DNA from: Pseudomonas phage ZC03
DNA length: 64,000 nucleotides
Strand: one strand, 5' to 3'
Sequence record: NC_048638.1
Shown: positions 32,284 to 40,081 of the stretch, one piece after another
Layout of the letters: each line of letters starts with the position of its first letter
How positions within the stretch are numbered: the first letter of the stretch is position 1
Notes under the pieces: model-generated
Databases searched by the model: none
Told to the model about the DNA's origin: nothing
Seen by the model: only the letters and a program-made list of their open reading frames with translations
Program-made: the position numbers and the translations under genes

Positions 32284-32790
32284 TTACGCTCCTCCTCCAT
32301 TGTTATTCTCAAGAGCCTCTACACGAGAGGTTAGATCAGCAACGGAACTTTCTAGTAAAGATATTGTATCCTCGTGGGTTGAAATAATTCCACTGAGGTC
32401 ACTTAGCTGAGTATTCAGGTTTTGAAGTGCTTGGTCTAAATCCGAAAGTGTACTGCTGTGCCCTGAAACAATCCCATTGAAGTTATTCAGCTGAGTATTC
32501 AGGTTTTGGAGTGTCTGATTTATCTGTACAAATTTCTCATCGTACTCTTCAACTAGAATTTGAAGATCAACTAAATCATTCCACTCAGTACCATTTACAT
32601 ATTTCCATTGAAGAACAGAACCTTCACTTCTGAGTTCAATATTTCCAGATCTCAGGTTCTTAATGTTGTCAGCCACGAGCTTGATATCTGAAAGATTCTC
32701 TAGAGCTTTCTTGATATCCATATAGGCTCTGCCTAGCTCGTGTTCTCCCCTGAACCTGATTTGATTAAATGGATTAGTCATCAGACCCAA
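32284..32790 (-). CDS. coiled-coil protein (possible fibre/assembly)
   Basis: 168 aa with repeated LQNLNTQL heptad-like repeats. Confidence 0.35.
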   Translation of the reverse strand: MGLMTNPFNQIRFRGEHELGRAYMDIKKALENLSDIKLVADNIKNLRSGNIELRSEGSVLQWKYVNGTEWNDLVDLQILVEEYDEKFVQINQTLQNLNTQLNNFNGIVSGHSSTLSDLDQALQNLNTQLSDLSGIISTHEDTISLLESSVADLTSRVEALENNNGGGA

Positions 32791-33482
32791 CCTCTGTTGT
32801 TGAATGCGTTTGCTGTAAATCTGGATTCAGATAAAGCATCTGCCTGTTTAAGACTATTAATTGCAGTGATGTATTGAATCTGAAAATCCTGACCGAGCCT
32901 CATGTTATCACTCGACCCTAAAGTCATGAACACTTTAGAAGCAACAAACATTCGTAAAGCTGGAACCATGAAATCAGGAATATCTAATTCTTCATCCAGA
33001 TTTTCAGTGGTTACTAATTGAGGCTTGGCTGAGTAGTGTACAAATAACGTAACCTTATCTTCAGGGTAAGGCACAGTAAGAACATTAGGTCTTAAAGTGA
33101 ATACACTCCTAAAGTCAGATTCATCATTTAAAGACCTTTCTCTGTCGAAGTTATCCCAAACAGCTAGGACTTTTAAAACATCTCCTTTGAAGGGGGTTCT
33201 GTTTGAATCCAAGATATAAGGAAAAGGAACATCAGGCTGGGGTTGCTGAGACACAGCAAATCTGCTGAGTAAGTGGTAGTCAGTGATGTGATCATAAAGT
33301 TGAATGTGTACTACCTTTTCATTCAACTTAAACCTAGTAGCCAGATCCATCAGACCATCATTGATATAGGTAAGTACCCTACCCATATGTGCTTTGTTGA
33401 TGGTTCCACTACCTTCATTACCTATAGAGGTATTATTAAATTCACCATATGAAAGCTGAGATAACAGGTGTCTTGCGTTCAT
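32781..33482 (-). CDS. hypothetical protein
   Basis: 233-aa ORF downstream of the terminase gene. Confidence 0.35.
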   Translation of the reverse strand: MNARHLLSQLSYGEFNNTSIGNEGSGTINKAHMGRVLTYINDGLMDLATRFKLNEKVVHIQLYDHITDYHLLSRFAVSQQPQPDVPFPYILDSNRTPFKGDVLKVLAVWDNFDRERSLNDESDFRSVFTLRPNVLTVPYPEDKVTLFVHYSAKPQLVTTENLDEELDIPDFMVPALRMFVASKVFMTLGSSDNMRLGQDFQIQYITAINSLKQADALSESRFTANAFNNRGWV

Positions 33483-33490
33483 TCAATCAC

Positions 33491-35098
33491 CTACACAATA
33501 TAAGAACTTAGGGACGAGGTTTCATTATATGTTGGGAGACTCCAAATCCCTGATGAATCTCTTGATGTTGGGATTACAGCACCTGGTTTCACAGCATCCA
33601 AGTGAGGCAACATTGAGATAGTATCTAAGAAGTCATCTTTACCTTTGAAGCCAGTTCTCATTGCCAGTCTTAATTGTTCCATGCCTACTTGCAATGCTTC
33701 ATGGTCTTTCTTATCTACTGGGAAATAAATCTTCTTGTTTTTAAATAGAGGAAGCACATAGCTAAAGTTGGTGAGCTTATCTGCTGTTCTTCTAATCCCT
33801 GGATTATTTCCATTGTTGTTACTGGTAAGTGTGAACCAGATATTCTTTCTCAGCATCTCTTGCTGAATCCAAGAGATAAACCCACCCTGCTGACCATTCA
33901 CTTCAATGCCTACACCTAATGGCCTGTATTCCGATACAAAATCAAATAGCCTGTTAATGGTGACATCCATAGTTACACGGCTTGCCATTCCATCAACCCA
34001 GAACCAGTCACCATTGTTATTGATGGCCCATACAGAAATTACAGAATAGTCAGCATGTTGTTTGGCAGAAGTAGCAAAGTCAGTGGTGATATAGAAATTG
34101 AAATGACCTCTATTTTCCATGAAGGTTTTAGAGTCATACCACTGAATATCTGAATCAAGAACCAGTCTATCTTCTTCGTTAGTAATTCGAAGCATCAGCT
34201 CCTGATAGAAGTCATTTATTTTGTTCTGGTTCTTATAGAACTCGTATTGAGTCATCAGAGCATCATAGGAGAATCTATCTTCCCATGCTCCCCTGAAATC
34301 CTTTCTCTCACATGGGAACTTCTCTGCTACAGGGTATACGTTTACTGTCCATGCTCCTGATTCAACAGCCTTAACGATTACGTCTTCCTTGTTGAATGGG
34401 GTACCATTGAACACCACTTTTCTGTTTACTGGGTCCAGAGCCTGCATAACCCCCTTGTAAACAGTATCTTCAATGGCTTCCATAGTAGCCTTAGACACAG
34501 CATCAGCATCCCCAATCAAGTCATCAAGGATTGCTAGAACAGGTCTCTTACCAAAGATCTTAGATCCACGAATACCTGTAGCTGCACCATACAGTTTGAC
34601 CCCAAGTTTTTTACCGGCCTTGTTTGTGAACTCTAGGTACTTATCTGTAAATTTAGCTTCAGGAATCCATTCTTGTAGAAATTCACTATGGTTGTACCTG
34701 AATTCAATGTTTTGTCTGGCGTTTTTTACACCGTTATCAATTGAGTCAGATACATAAATAAATCCCCATATCGTACCCATATGAGGAAGTTCCCCAAATA
34801 CGGCTAAGTACAGAGTCAGATACTCCATGAATACTGTTGTCTTGGCAGCACCTCGAAACAGTAAATTCACAATGTACTGATCTGGGGTGGACAGTTTGTC
34901 CAACATGGCAAGGTGAACAGGAGGAGTCTTATGTGACTCTCCGTCTTTACCGTTTACCAATTTGATAAAGTTCATGAACTTTAAGGAGAATTCTGAGGGT
35001 ACATACTTCCCTGAATTCAGGTATTCATACGATACCTCATCCAATAGTTCATCAAGAGTTTTAGCTCTTTTCTCAGTTAATTCTTTCATACTCACCAT
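33491..35098 (-). CDS. terminase large subunit (N4 gp68-like)
   Basis: 535 aa; deviant Walker A FRGAAKTT; position at the head of the late operon. Confidence 0.7.
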   Translation of the reverse strand: MVSMKELTEKRAKTLDELLDEVSYEYLNSGKYVPSEFSLKFMNFIKLVNGKDGESHKTPPVHLAMLDKLSTPDQYIVNLLFRGAAKTTVFMEYLTLYLAVFGELPHMGTIWGFIYVSDSIDNGVKNARQNIEFRYNHSEFLQEWIPEAKFTDKYLEFTNKAGKKLGVKLYGAATGIRGSKIFGKRPVLAILDDLIGDADAVSKATMEAIEDTVYKGVMQALDPVNRKVVFNGTPFNKEDVIVKAVESGAWTVNVYPVAEKFPCERKDFRGAWEDRFSYDALMTQYEFYKNQNKINDFYQELMLRITNEEDRLVLDSDIQWYDSKTFMENRGHFNFYITTDFATSAKQHADYSVISVWAINNNGDWFWVDGMASRVTMDVTINRLFDFVSEYRPLGVGIEVNGQQGGFISWIQQEMLRKNIWFTLTSNNNGNNPGIRRTADKLTNFSYVLPLFKNKKIYFPVDKKDHEALQVGMEQLRLAMRTGFKGKDDFLDTISMLPHLDAVKPGAVIPTSRDSSGIWSLPTYNETSSLSSYIV

Positions 35099-35756
35099 CT
35101 ACAATAGATGACTCAGCAATTGATTTAGCTGTTATACCAGACTCAATAAGTTTTTTCTGTTGTCTGGCTAGATCTGTAATAGCATTCTGTAGATCTTTCA
35201 ATCCAGAAGTTTCAGGTGTTCCAATATTTAATTGGACCTGTGCGGTCTCCTTCTTAACCAGATGTGTGAGTAAACTGTTTGCAGCCTGTGTTCTAGCAAT
35301 AGCAGGATTAGACTCATCAGTCATAATCTCAATCTGCGTATTAATTGCCTTCTGTACTGCATCCTGGTTCAGGATATGAATTGGAATCAGACTCTGCTCA
35401 AGAATGGCATTAACAAGTTTGTTCTTGTTATAAGCTGCCACGTAAGCAGAGATGTCTTTCTTTGAAGCTCCCTTTGCAACAAGAGCAGCGTGTCTATCAG
35501 GGAAGGTTTTGAAATAACTATCTTGGTTGTTATAACCCATTAGCTTGTAGCTAACATAAGCTACAGCATTCATATAGTCTTCAAGCTTATATTTTCCATC
35601 CTGAAGGACACGTGTATAGGTAATGAAGTTTTCTCTAATAGTCTCTGCGTGCAAAGGATCAGCACTGATATTGTTGATCTTATCAACAAGATCTTGTGTA
35701 ACACTGATCTTTAGCTTCTCAGGGAGAGCAGACTGAAGTTCTTTCTTAGAGATCAT
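35073..35756 (-). CDS. hypothetical protein (gp69-like; small-terminase candidate by position)
   Basis: 227-aa ORF overlapping the terminase start. Confidence 0.35.
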   Translation of the reverse strand: MISKKELQSALPEKLKISVTQDLVDKINNISADPLHAETIRENFITYTRVLQDGKYKLEDYMNAVAYVSYKLMGYNNQDSYFKTFPDRHAALVAKGASKKDISAYVAAYNKNKLVNAILEQSLIPIHILNQDAVQKAINTQIEIMTDESNPAIARTQAANSLLTHLVKKETAQVQLNIGTPETSGLKDLQNAITDLARQQKKLIESGITAKSIAESSIVDGEYERIN

Positions 35757-36190
35757 TTCTACTCCTTTTTTGGTTCTTAAAAATCTTGGGGTTTAGGTAG
35801 GATTTAGTATATATGAGGAAATTTTTGGTGTACAAAGACATAGTAGGCACCATCAGATTTGTTAATACAGGAGATGAGTGTCCTATTACGTATTTGAAAT
35901 GGGGTAAGAAACTTCCTTCTATTCTTGTGGAAGCTGGAGCACCTGCACCTTATTCCCCTGTATTTGCCTTGATTAACTGCAAATGAAGTCTTTTTTGGTG
36001 TTTAAAGACTTTTGAAAGAATGCCTTCCTCCAAGGGCTAGTAAGTCTGACAGGCAGACTGGGTGAATACCCTGTAAGTACAATAAACCTAAATTGAAGTC
36101 TTTTTTGGTTGTTTGGATCTCTTGAGAGAACCAAGCTGGAACCAGAGATAACTAGACAAGCTGAAAAGCTTTTGGAAGAATTACAAACAT

Positions 36191-36267
36191 ACACCCGTAG
36201 CTCAGTTGGATAGAGCAGGAGCCTTCTAAGCTTTTGGTCGTAGGTTCGAATCCTACCGGGTGTGCCA
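36191..36267 (+). tRNA. tRNA-Arg (anticodon TCT)
   Basis: Manual cloverleaf: acceptor ACACCCG/CGGGTGT, D-arm GCTC..GAGC, anticodon loop CTTCTAA, T-arm GTAGG-TTCGAAT-CCTAC, CCA encoded. Confidence 0.75.
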
Positions 36268-36274
36268 ATTAAGA

Positions 36275-36351
36275 GGGTCTCAAGCTTAAGTGGTATAAGC
36301 ATCCCGCTCATAACGGGGAGATACAGGGTTCAAATCCCTGGAGACCCACCA
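36275..36351 (+). tRNA. tRNA-Met/Ile2 (anticodon CAT)
   Basis: Acceptor GGGTCTC/GAGACCC, anticodon loop CTCATAA, T-arm CAGGG-TTCAAAT-CCCTG, CCA encoded. Confidence 0.7.
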
Positions 36352-36370
36352 AAACGTGTTTACTTACAGT

Positions 36371-36434
36371 CGTACTATCTGATGAGCTTCCGACTATAAA
36401 TGAAGCGAAACTCCTGTAAGGGAGTCATAGTGTC
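36371..36434 (+). ncRNA. hammerhead ribozyme (open stem I, type I topology)
   Basis: Complete core read directly: stem I 5' GTACTAT, CUGAUGA, stem II GCTTC-11nt-GAAGC (G10.1-C11.1), GAA, stem III ACTCC-TGTAAG-GGAGT (A15.1-U16.1), C17, stem I 3' ATAGTG. Predicted cleavage after C at 36426. Confidence 0.7.
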
Positions 36435-36677
36435 TGCTATGAGTAGACCATGAATGAGTTGTTACCCTTATCATTCATGTTATGTTAATGACTACTGAGC
36501 AACTCAAAACTCATAGTCGATGGGTAACGGTAGCCTTGAGAAAGCTACAAGTTGTTCGTTGTGCTAGTATTCAGGACGAGAAGACAGGATGTCCTGGTAC
36601 GGTATAGTGAGCAGCCGTCAACCATCCTGATGGGGATTCCGGAGTCTTTGTTAGGATGGTTGGTGGATGTTCATTAT

Positions 36678-36752
36678 TGGTAAGTAGCTCAATGGTAGAG
36701 CATCCGGCTGTTAACCGGACGGTTGTAGGTTCGAGTCCTACCTTACCAGCCA
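36678..36752 (+). tRNA. tRNA-Asn (anticodon GTT)
   Basis: Acceptor TGGTAAG/CTTACCA, anticodon stem TCCGG/CCGGA with loop CTGTTAA, T-arm GTAGG-TTCGAGT-CCTAC, CCA encoded. Confidence 0.75.
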
Positions 36753-36756
36753 ATTT

Positions 36757-36835
36757 TGGTAAGCTGGCTCAGCTAGAGGGCTGGTGGATCTGGTTTCTAG
36801 CGATCAGATTACAGGTTCGAATCCTGTCTTACCAA
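36757..36835 (+). pseudogene. degenerate tRNA-like element (same acceptor stem as tRNA-Asn; no canonical anticodon arm)
   Basis: Perfect 7-bp acceptor TGGTAAG/CTTACCA and T-arm ACAGG-TTCGAAT-CCTGT, but the D and anticodon regions cannot be folded into a 5-bp stem with 7-nt loop. Confidence 0.4.
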
Positions 36836-36845
36836 TCAATTTATT

Positions 36846-36920
36846 CGGAGTGTAGCGCAGAGGTAGCGCGTCTGCTTTGGGAGCAGAATGTCGGGAGTTC
36901 GATCCTCCCCACTCCGACCA
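36846..36920 (+). tRNA. tRNA-Pro (anticodon TGG)
   Basis: Acceptor CGGAGTG/CACTCCG, D-stem GCGC/GCGC, anticodon stem TCTGC/GCAGA with loop TTTGGGA, T-arm GGGAG-TTCGATC-CTCCC, CCA encoded. Confidence 0.75.
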
Positions 36921-37153
36921 AACACCTTTCCCCCGAGGTGTAATAGTGCCTCATCGACGCCTCATCGAGAAAGCACTAACCGTTCCCTCTGGCGGTATAT
37001 CCAGAGGGCATTGAAAAGGGATCGTGAACCGCAGTTGATCGAGCGGGATTGTTCAGTAGGGTCCGTGTGTCCTGTCGCGCGAAAGGATTACCTCCCTCTG
37101 GCCCGGTTTGCCCCGGACGATCCTTTCTCAATGCAAGTGAATGTATTGAAAAG

Positions 37154-37233
37154 AACCCTGTAGCTGAATTGGTTCACGCGCTGGCGATTACGGGCAACGT
37201 CCAGAGATGCAGGTTCGAATCCTGCCAGGGTTC
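37154..37233 (+). pseudogene. tRNA-like element without a resolvable anticodon arm, flanked by 19-bp direct repeats
   Basis: Acceptor AACCCTG/CAGGGTT (complementarity extends to 10 bp) and T-arm GCAGG-TTCGAAT-CCTGC. An exhaustive by-eye search found no 5-bp/7-nt/5-bp anticodon arm. Flanking repeats are TTCTCAATGCA(A/G)GTGAATG at 37125..37143 and 37234..37252. Confidence 0.35.
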
Positions 37234-37398
37234 TTCTCAATGCAGGTGAATGCGTAGGCTGATGCGCCTCTGGAACTTGCAATGGCCAGCGGCCCAGATT
37301 CTGCGGGGGTCGCAAGCCGGAGATCAGCACCGGCCACCTGCATTACCCGTGCGACGGGTAGCTGGGAATATTCGCGTCATCCAATACCAGCACTTTAA

Positions 37399-37482
37399 GG
37401 GGAAGTGGTGTAGTGGTAGCCACGCTGGTCTTAGAAACCAGTGCTGAAAAGCGTAAGGGTTCGAATCCCTTCTTCCCCACCA
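37399..37482 (+). tRNA. tRNA-Leu (anticodon TAG), class II
   Basis: Acceptor GGGGAAG/CTTCCCC, anticodon stem CTGGT/ACCAG with loop CTTAGAA, long variable arm, T-arm AAGGG-TTCGAAT-CCCTT, A73, CCA encoded. Confidence 0.7.
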
Positions 37483-37487
37483 ATTAA

Positions 37488-37574
37488 GGAAGAGTGGCAG
37501 AGTGGTTTAATGCATCGGTCTTGAAAACCGACGACTGTAATGGTCCGTGAGTTCGAATCTCACCTCTTCCGCCA
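37488..37574 (+). tRNA. tRNA-Ser (anticodon TGA), class II
   Basis: Acceptor GGAAGAG/CTCTTCC, anticodon stem TCGGT/ACCGA with loop CTTGAAA, long variable arm, T-arm GTGAG-TTCGAAT-CTCAC, G73, CCA. Confidence 0.7.
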
Positions 37575-37580
37575 ATCAAT

Positions 37581-37656
37581 GCCAATGTAGCTCAATAGGT
37601 AGAGCAGTGCTCTTGTAAAGCAAAGGTTGTAGGTTCGATTCCTATCATTGGCTCCA
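37581..37656 (+). tRNA. tRNA-Thr (anticodon TGT)
   Basis: Acceptor GCCAATG/CATTGGC, D-arm GCTC..GAGC, anticodon loop CTTGTAA (one mismatch at 27:43), T-arm GTAGG-TTCGATT-CCTAT, CCA. Confidence 0.65.
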
Positions 37657-37660
37657 ATAC

Positions 37661-37737
37661 GCGGGTGTAACCCAACAGGCAGAGGTAGAGGACTTAAAAT
37701 CCTTTCAGTGTGGGTTCGAATCCCACCACCCGTACCA
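37661..37737 (+). tRNA. tRNA with anticodon TAA (Leu-UUA reading) but a short class I variable loop
   Basis: Acceptor GCGGGTG/CACCCGT (G1-U72), anticodon stem GAGGA/TCCTT with loop CTTAAAA, 5-nt variable loop, T-arm GTGGG-TTCGAAT-CCCAC, A73, CCA. Confidence 0.5.
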
Positions 37738-37792
37738 CTTTATTTGTAGGTATACTACTTTGCACGGTCACCAACACTACCGAGGTATACCT

Positions 37793-38131
37793 ATGAGTGA
37801 AGTAACATATAATGTTTTTCTGGTGTCTGGTTCCACTGGGGAACTTCAAGTACTCCTCACTGATGAGTCAGTAGAAACAGTTGAGGATGCTGTAAGGATT
37901 GGGAATATCTCCCACCCCAGTGAGGAAGATCCTGAAGGCTTCTCCGATAACCACGTCCTGTATCAGCATATTCGTCAAATGCTGTATCACGTCAATCGTG
38001 AAGGAGAGTCCTCATTCTGGCCAGACAACATTACTGATCTGTCTCGTCTGAGTATCAAATACTACGAGCCAGAATCTACTCCTGACCCAGAACCAGAACC
38101 GGAACCTGATCCAGGTGAAGGTGAAGGTTAA
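37793..38131 (+). CDS. early hypothetical protein with PEPEPEP-rich acidic C-terminus
   Basis: ATG at 37793 preceded by GAGGT RBS; the ORF track's TTG extension from 37760 runs back into the end of the tRNA array and is unlikely. Confidence 0.4.
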   Translation: MSEVTYNVFLVSGSTGELQVLLTDESVETVEDAVRIGNISHPSEEDPEGFSDNHVLYQHIRQMLYHVNREGESSFWPDNITDLSRLSIKYYEPESTPDPEPEPEPDPGEGEG

Positions 38132-38152
38132 GCTTTAAACCAACACCATATA

Positions 38153-38181
38153 GAACCCTCTTCGGAGGGTTCTTTTTTATT
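38153..38181 (+). terminator. rho-independent terminator
   Basis: GAACCCTC-TTCG-GAGGGTTC followed by TTTTTTAT. Confidence 0.65.
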
Positions 38182-38341
38182 TGATTTAGGAGAAATTAAA
38201 TGCTGAGCAATTACATTAAAAGCAAGGAACCAGAAAGACAAAAGCTCAATGAGCAGATTGAAAAGTTTCTGGCTCAAGGAAAGAAAATTGAAGTACTACA
38301 CTCCCCAAAAGAAGATCAACCTTCTCGAAGGGTACAAGTAA

Positions 38342-38632
38342 ATGAACTCTTCTGATCATTCCAAGGCAATAGCCAAACTCAAGAGTTTTATTGAAAGCCT
38401 CGTAGAACACGAGGCTTTTTTAATTGAATCACCTATATCATCTATTGTTTGGATCATACAGATTCCTAAGAAATTCTTTCCACAGGTCAAAGCCTATGTG
38501 GAAATCAACAAAGATGAGATAGGTGAAGTCTCTCTGGTTCCCTCAGATGTGATCTATTCTAGAGCTGATCCAATGATTAACTATATTTCTGATATAGCCC
38601 CTGAAGGGAAAATATTCAGGAGGGGTATGTGA
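38342..38632 (+). CDS. early hypothetical protein
   Basis: 96-aa ORF; overlapping stop/start with the next gene. Confidence 0.4.
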   Translation: MNSSDHSKAIAKLKSFIESLVEHEAFLIESPISSIVWIIQIPKKFFPQVKAYVEINKDEIGEVSLVPSDVIYSRADPMINYISDIAPEGKIFRRGM

Positions 38633-39060
38633 ATCTCATTATCTTGGAGTTTGTAAGGGGGTATGGAGAATTACCAAAGCCCTTCGTACGAATCCTTCAA
38701 ACTACTCAAAGGTACGGCAAAAAACTGTATTACCTTGAAGATAAGAAAAACAAAGACCATTTAGACTTAATGAAGTCTTTGTCTTTTCTTGAGGACATTT
38801 CAAGAGACTTCCATAAGTTACCAGATGGGTGGACAGGAAGTGTATGGGATTTGTTACCCATACTCTTTGATAACTACGCTATAACTCAGAGTAGTCGTAG
38901 TAATGGATTTATTCTGTATGCTGATCAGAGCTATGTTAGGTGTAATAACAAATTTAACTCTGTATCAGATCCATACATAGATCTAGCCAACAACACCCAT
39001 GTATCTACTGTTGTTTGTCTTGAGCCATCAACTATAGAGGATGAATATATAATTAAATAG
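38629..39060 (+). CDS. early hypothetical protein
   Basis: 143-aa ORF. Confidence 0.4.
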   Translation: MNLIILEFVRGYGELPKPFVRILQTTQRYGKKLYYLEDKKNKDHLDLMKSLSFLEDISRDFHKLPDGWTGSVWDLLPILFDNYAITQSSRSNGFILYADQSYVRCNNKFNSVSDPYIDLANNTHVSTVVCLEPSTIEDEYIIK

Positions 39061-39226
39061 CAAAAATCGTGCCAGTTTATATACACGACAGTGAAAAAAA
39101 TCCTTAGGGAAGTTGGGGATATTTAAGTATCAAATCAGTGGGTGGTCTCGCTGACACTGACACACTCTTCGAAATATCCCCCCCGTACATCTCCTCCATA
39201 TTTTTTTACCCCACCCCCCATTGACA

Positions 39227-39240
39227 CTACGCAAGCGTAG
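39227..39240 (+). promoter_or_regulatory. candidate vRNAP hairpin promoter (CTACG-CAAG-CGTAG)
   Basis: Perfect short hairpin with core CGCAAGCG about 40 nt upstream of the ORF starting at 39281; the same core recurs at 40082. Confidence 0.4.
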
Positions 39241-39280
39241 GTCTGGCATTCCAACCAACCTTAACCTTGCGAGGTGAACT

Positions 39281-39589
39281 ATGTCTTCCATCCGCTCTAC
39301 CGTAGCTGCCCTGAACAATGGCATCCAAGGATTCATTCGATCCTCTGGTTCCTTGCTTAACGGGGCAGCTACTCGTATTGCTGCATATCTCGAAACCGAG
39401 AACGAGATCTACGAGCAAACTCGTGAGATCGATATCGAGCAACGTGTAACCTCCCGTGTTGCCGAGTTCTACGACTTCGAGACTATGCTCAACGATAAGT
39501 ACGGAGCTGCTGGTACTGAACGTATCAATCAGCTCCGTGAGCAGTTCGCTGCCAAAGCTCAAGCTCGTCTTGAGAAATCGTCCAAGTAA
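39281..39589 (+). CDS. early hypothetical protein
   Basis: 102-aa ORF with RBS GCGAGGTG 7 nt upstream. Confidence 0.45.
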   Translation: MSSIRSTVAALNNGIQGFIRSSGSLLNGAATRIAAYLETENEIYEQTREIDIEQRVTSRVAEFYDFETMLNDKYGAAGTERINQLREQFAAKAQARLEKSSK

Positions 39590-39708
39590 TTAGAGGAGCC
39601 AAGGGGAGAAATCCCCTTGGAAATTACTATGACTATTTCCTGCGTGAACATTGGCAACAACCGTTACTTTATCTTCTTCGAGTACGAAGACGGTACAGTA
39701 GACTTCAT

Positions 39709-39742
39709 GGAGATCTCCTCGTGAGATCTCCTTTTATTTTTT
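39709..39742 (+). terminator. strong rho-independent terminator
   Basis: 9-bp stem GGAGATCTC-CTCGT-GAGATCTCC followed by TTTTATTTTTT. Confidence 0.7.
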
Positions 39743-40081
39743 ACACAAACACTGACACAGACACTCCTAGATAGTCTCCTTGCTCTCCTAATTCTCTCAC
39801 CTCCGTAAAGGCTCCTGTAAGGCTCTACAAGAGGCGTTAGTCCTTACCCTAGGTAACCCCTTAATAGGGGTGAGATCGTTGCAGGAGGAGGCTCTACAGA
39901 CTGTCTACACCACTCTCAACTCTATCTACTTCCTTCCTCAATCCTAAAGATCACCTAAACACTGACTCCTTTCCTGCTGACGTTCTGTGCCAAGGTGTTT
40001 CCTTCTTCTCTCGGTGTTGGTTTTGACTGGCTGTTCGTTCCTTTTTTCTTTCCTTTCCTTCTTCGTTGCTGTTGGTTCCTT

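Noticed and set aside
36590-36660. Possible second hammerhead at CATCC-CUGAUGG-GGATT...GAGTC
   Set aside because: The core reads CUGAUGG (A9 replaced by G) and there is no GAAA element. It looks like an ordinary 9-bp hairpin, not a ribozyme core.
36571-37447. Short ORFs overlapping the tRNA array (36571..36753 minus strand, 36656..36943, 36888..37163, 37049..37249, 37088..37330 minus strand, 37250..37447)
   Set aside because: They overlap well-folded tRNAs or the GC-rich structured insert and have no RBS. This is more consistent with RNA genes than protein genes.
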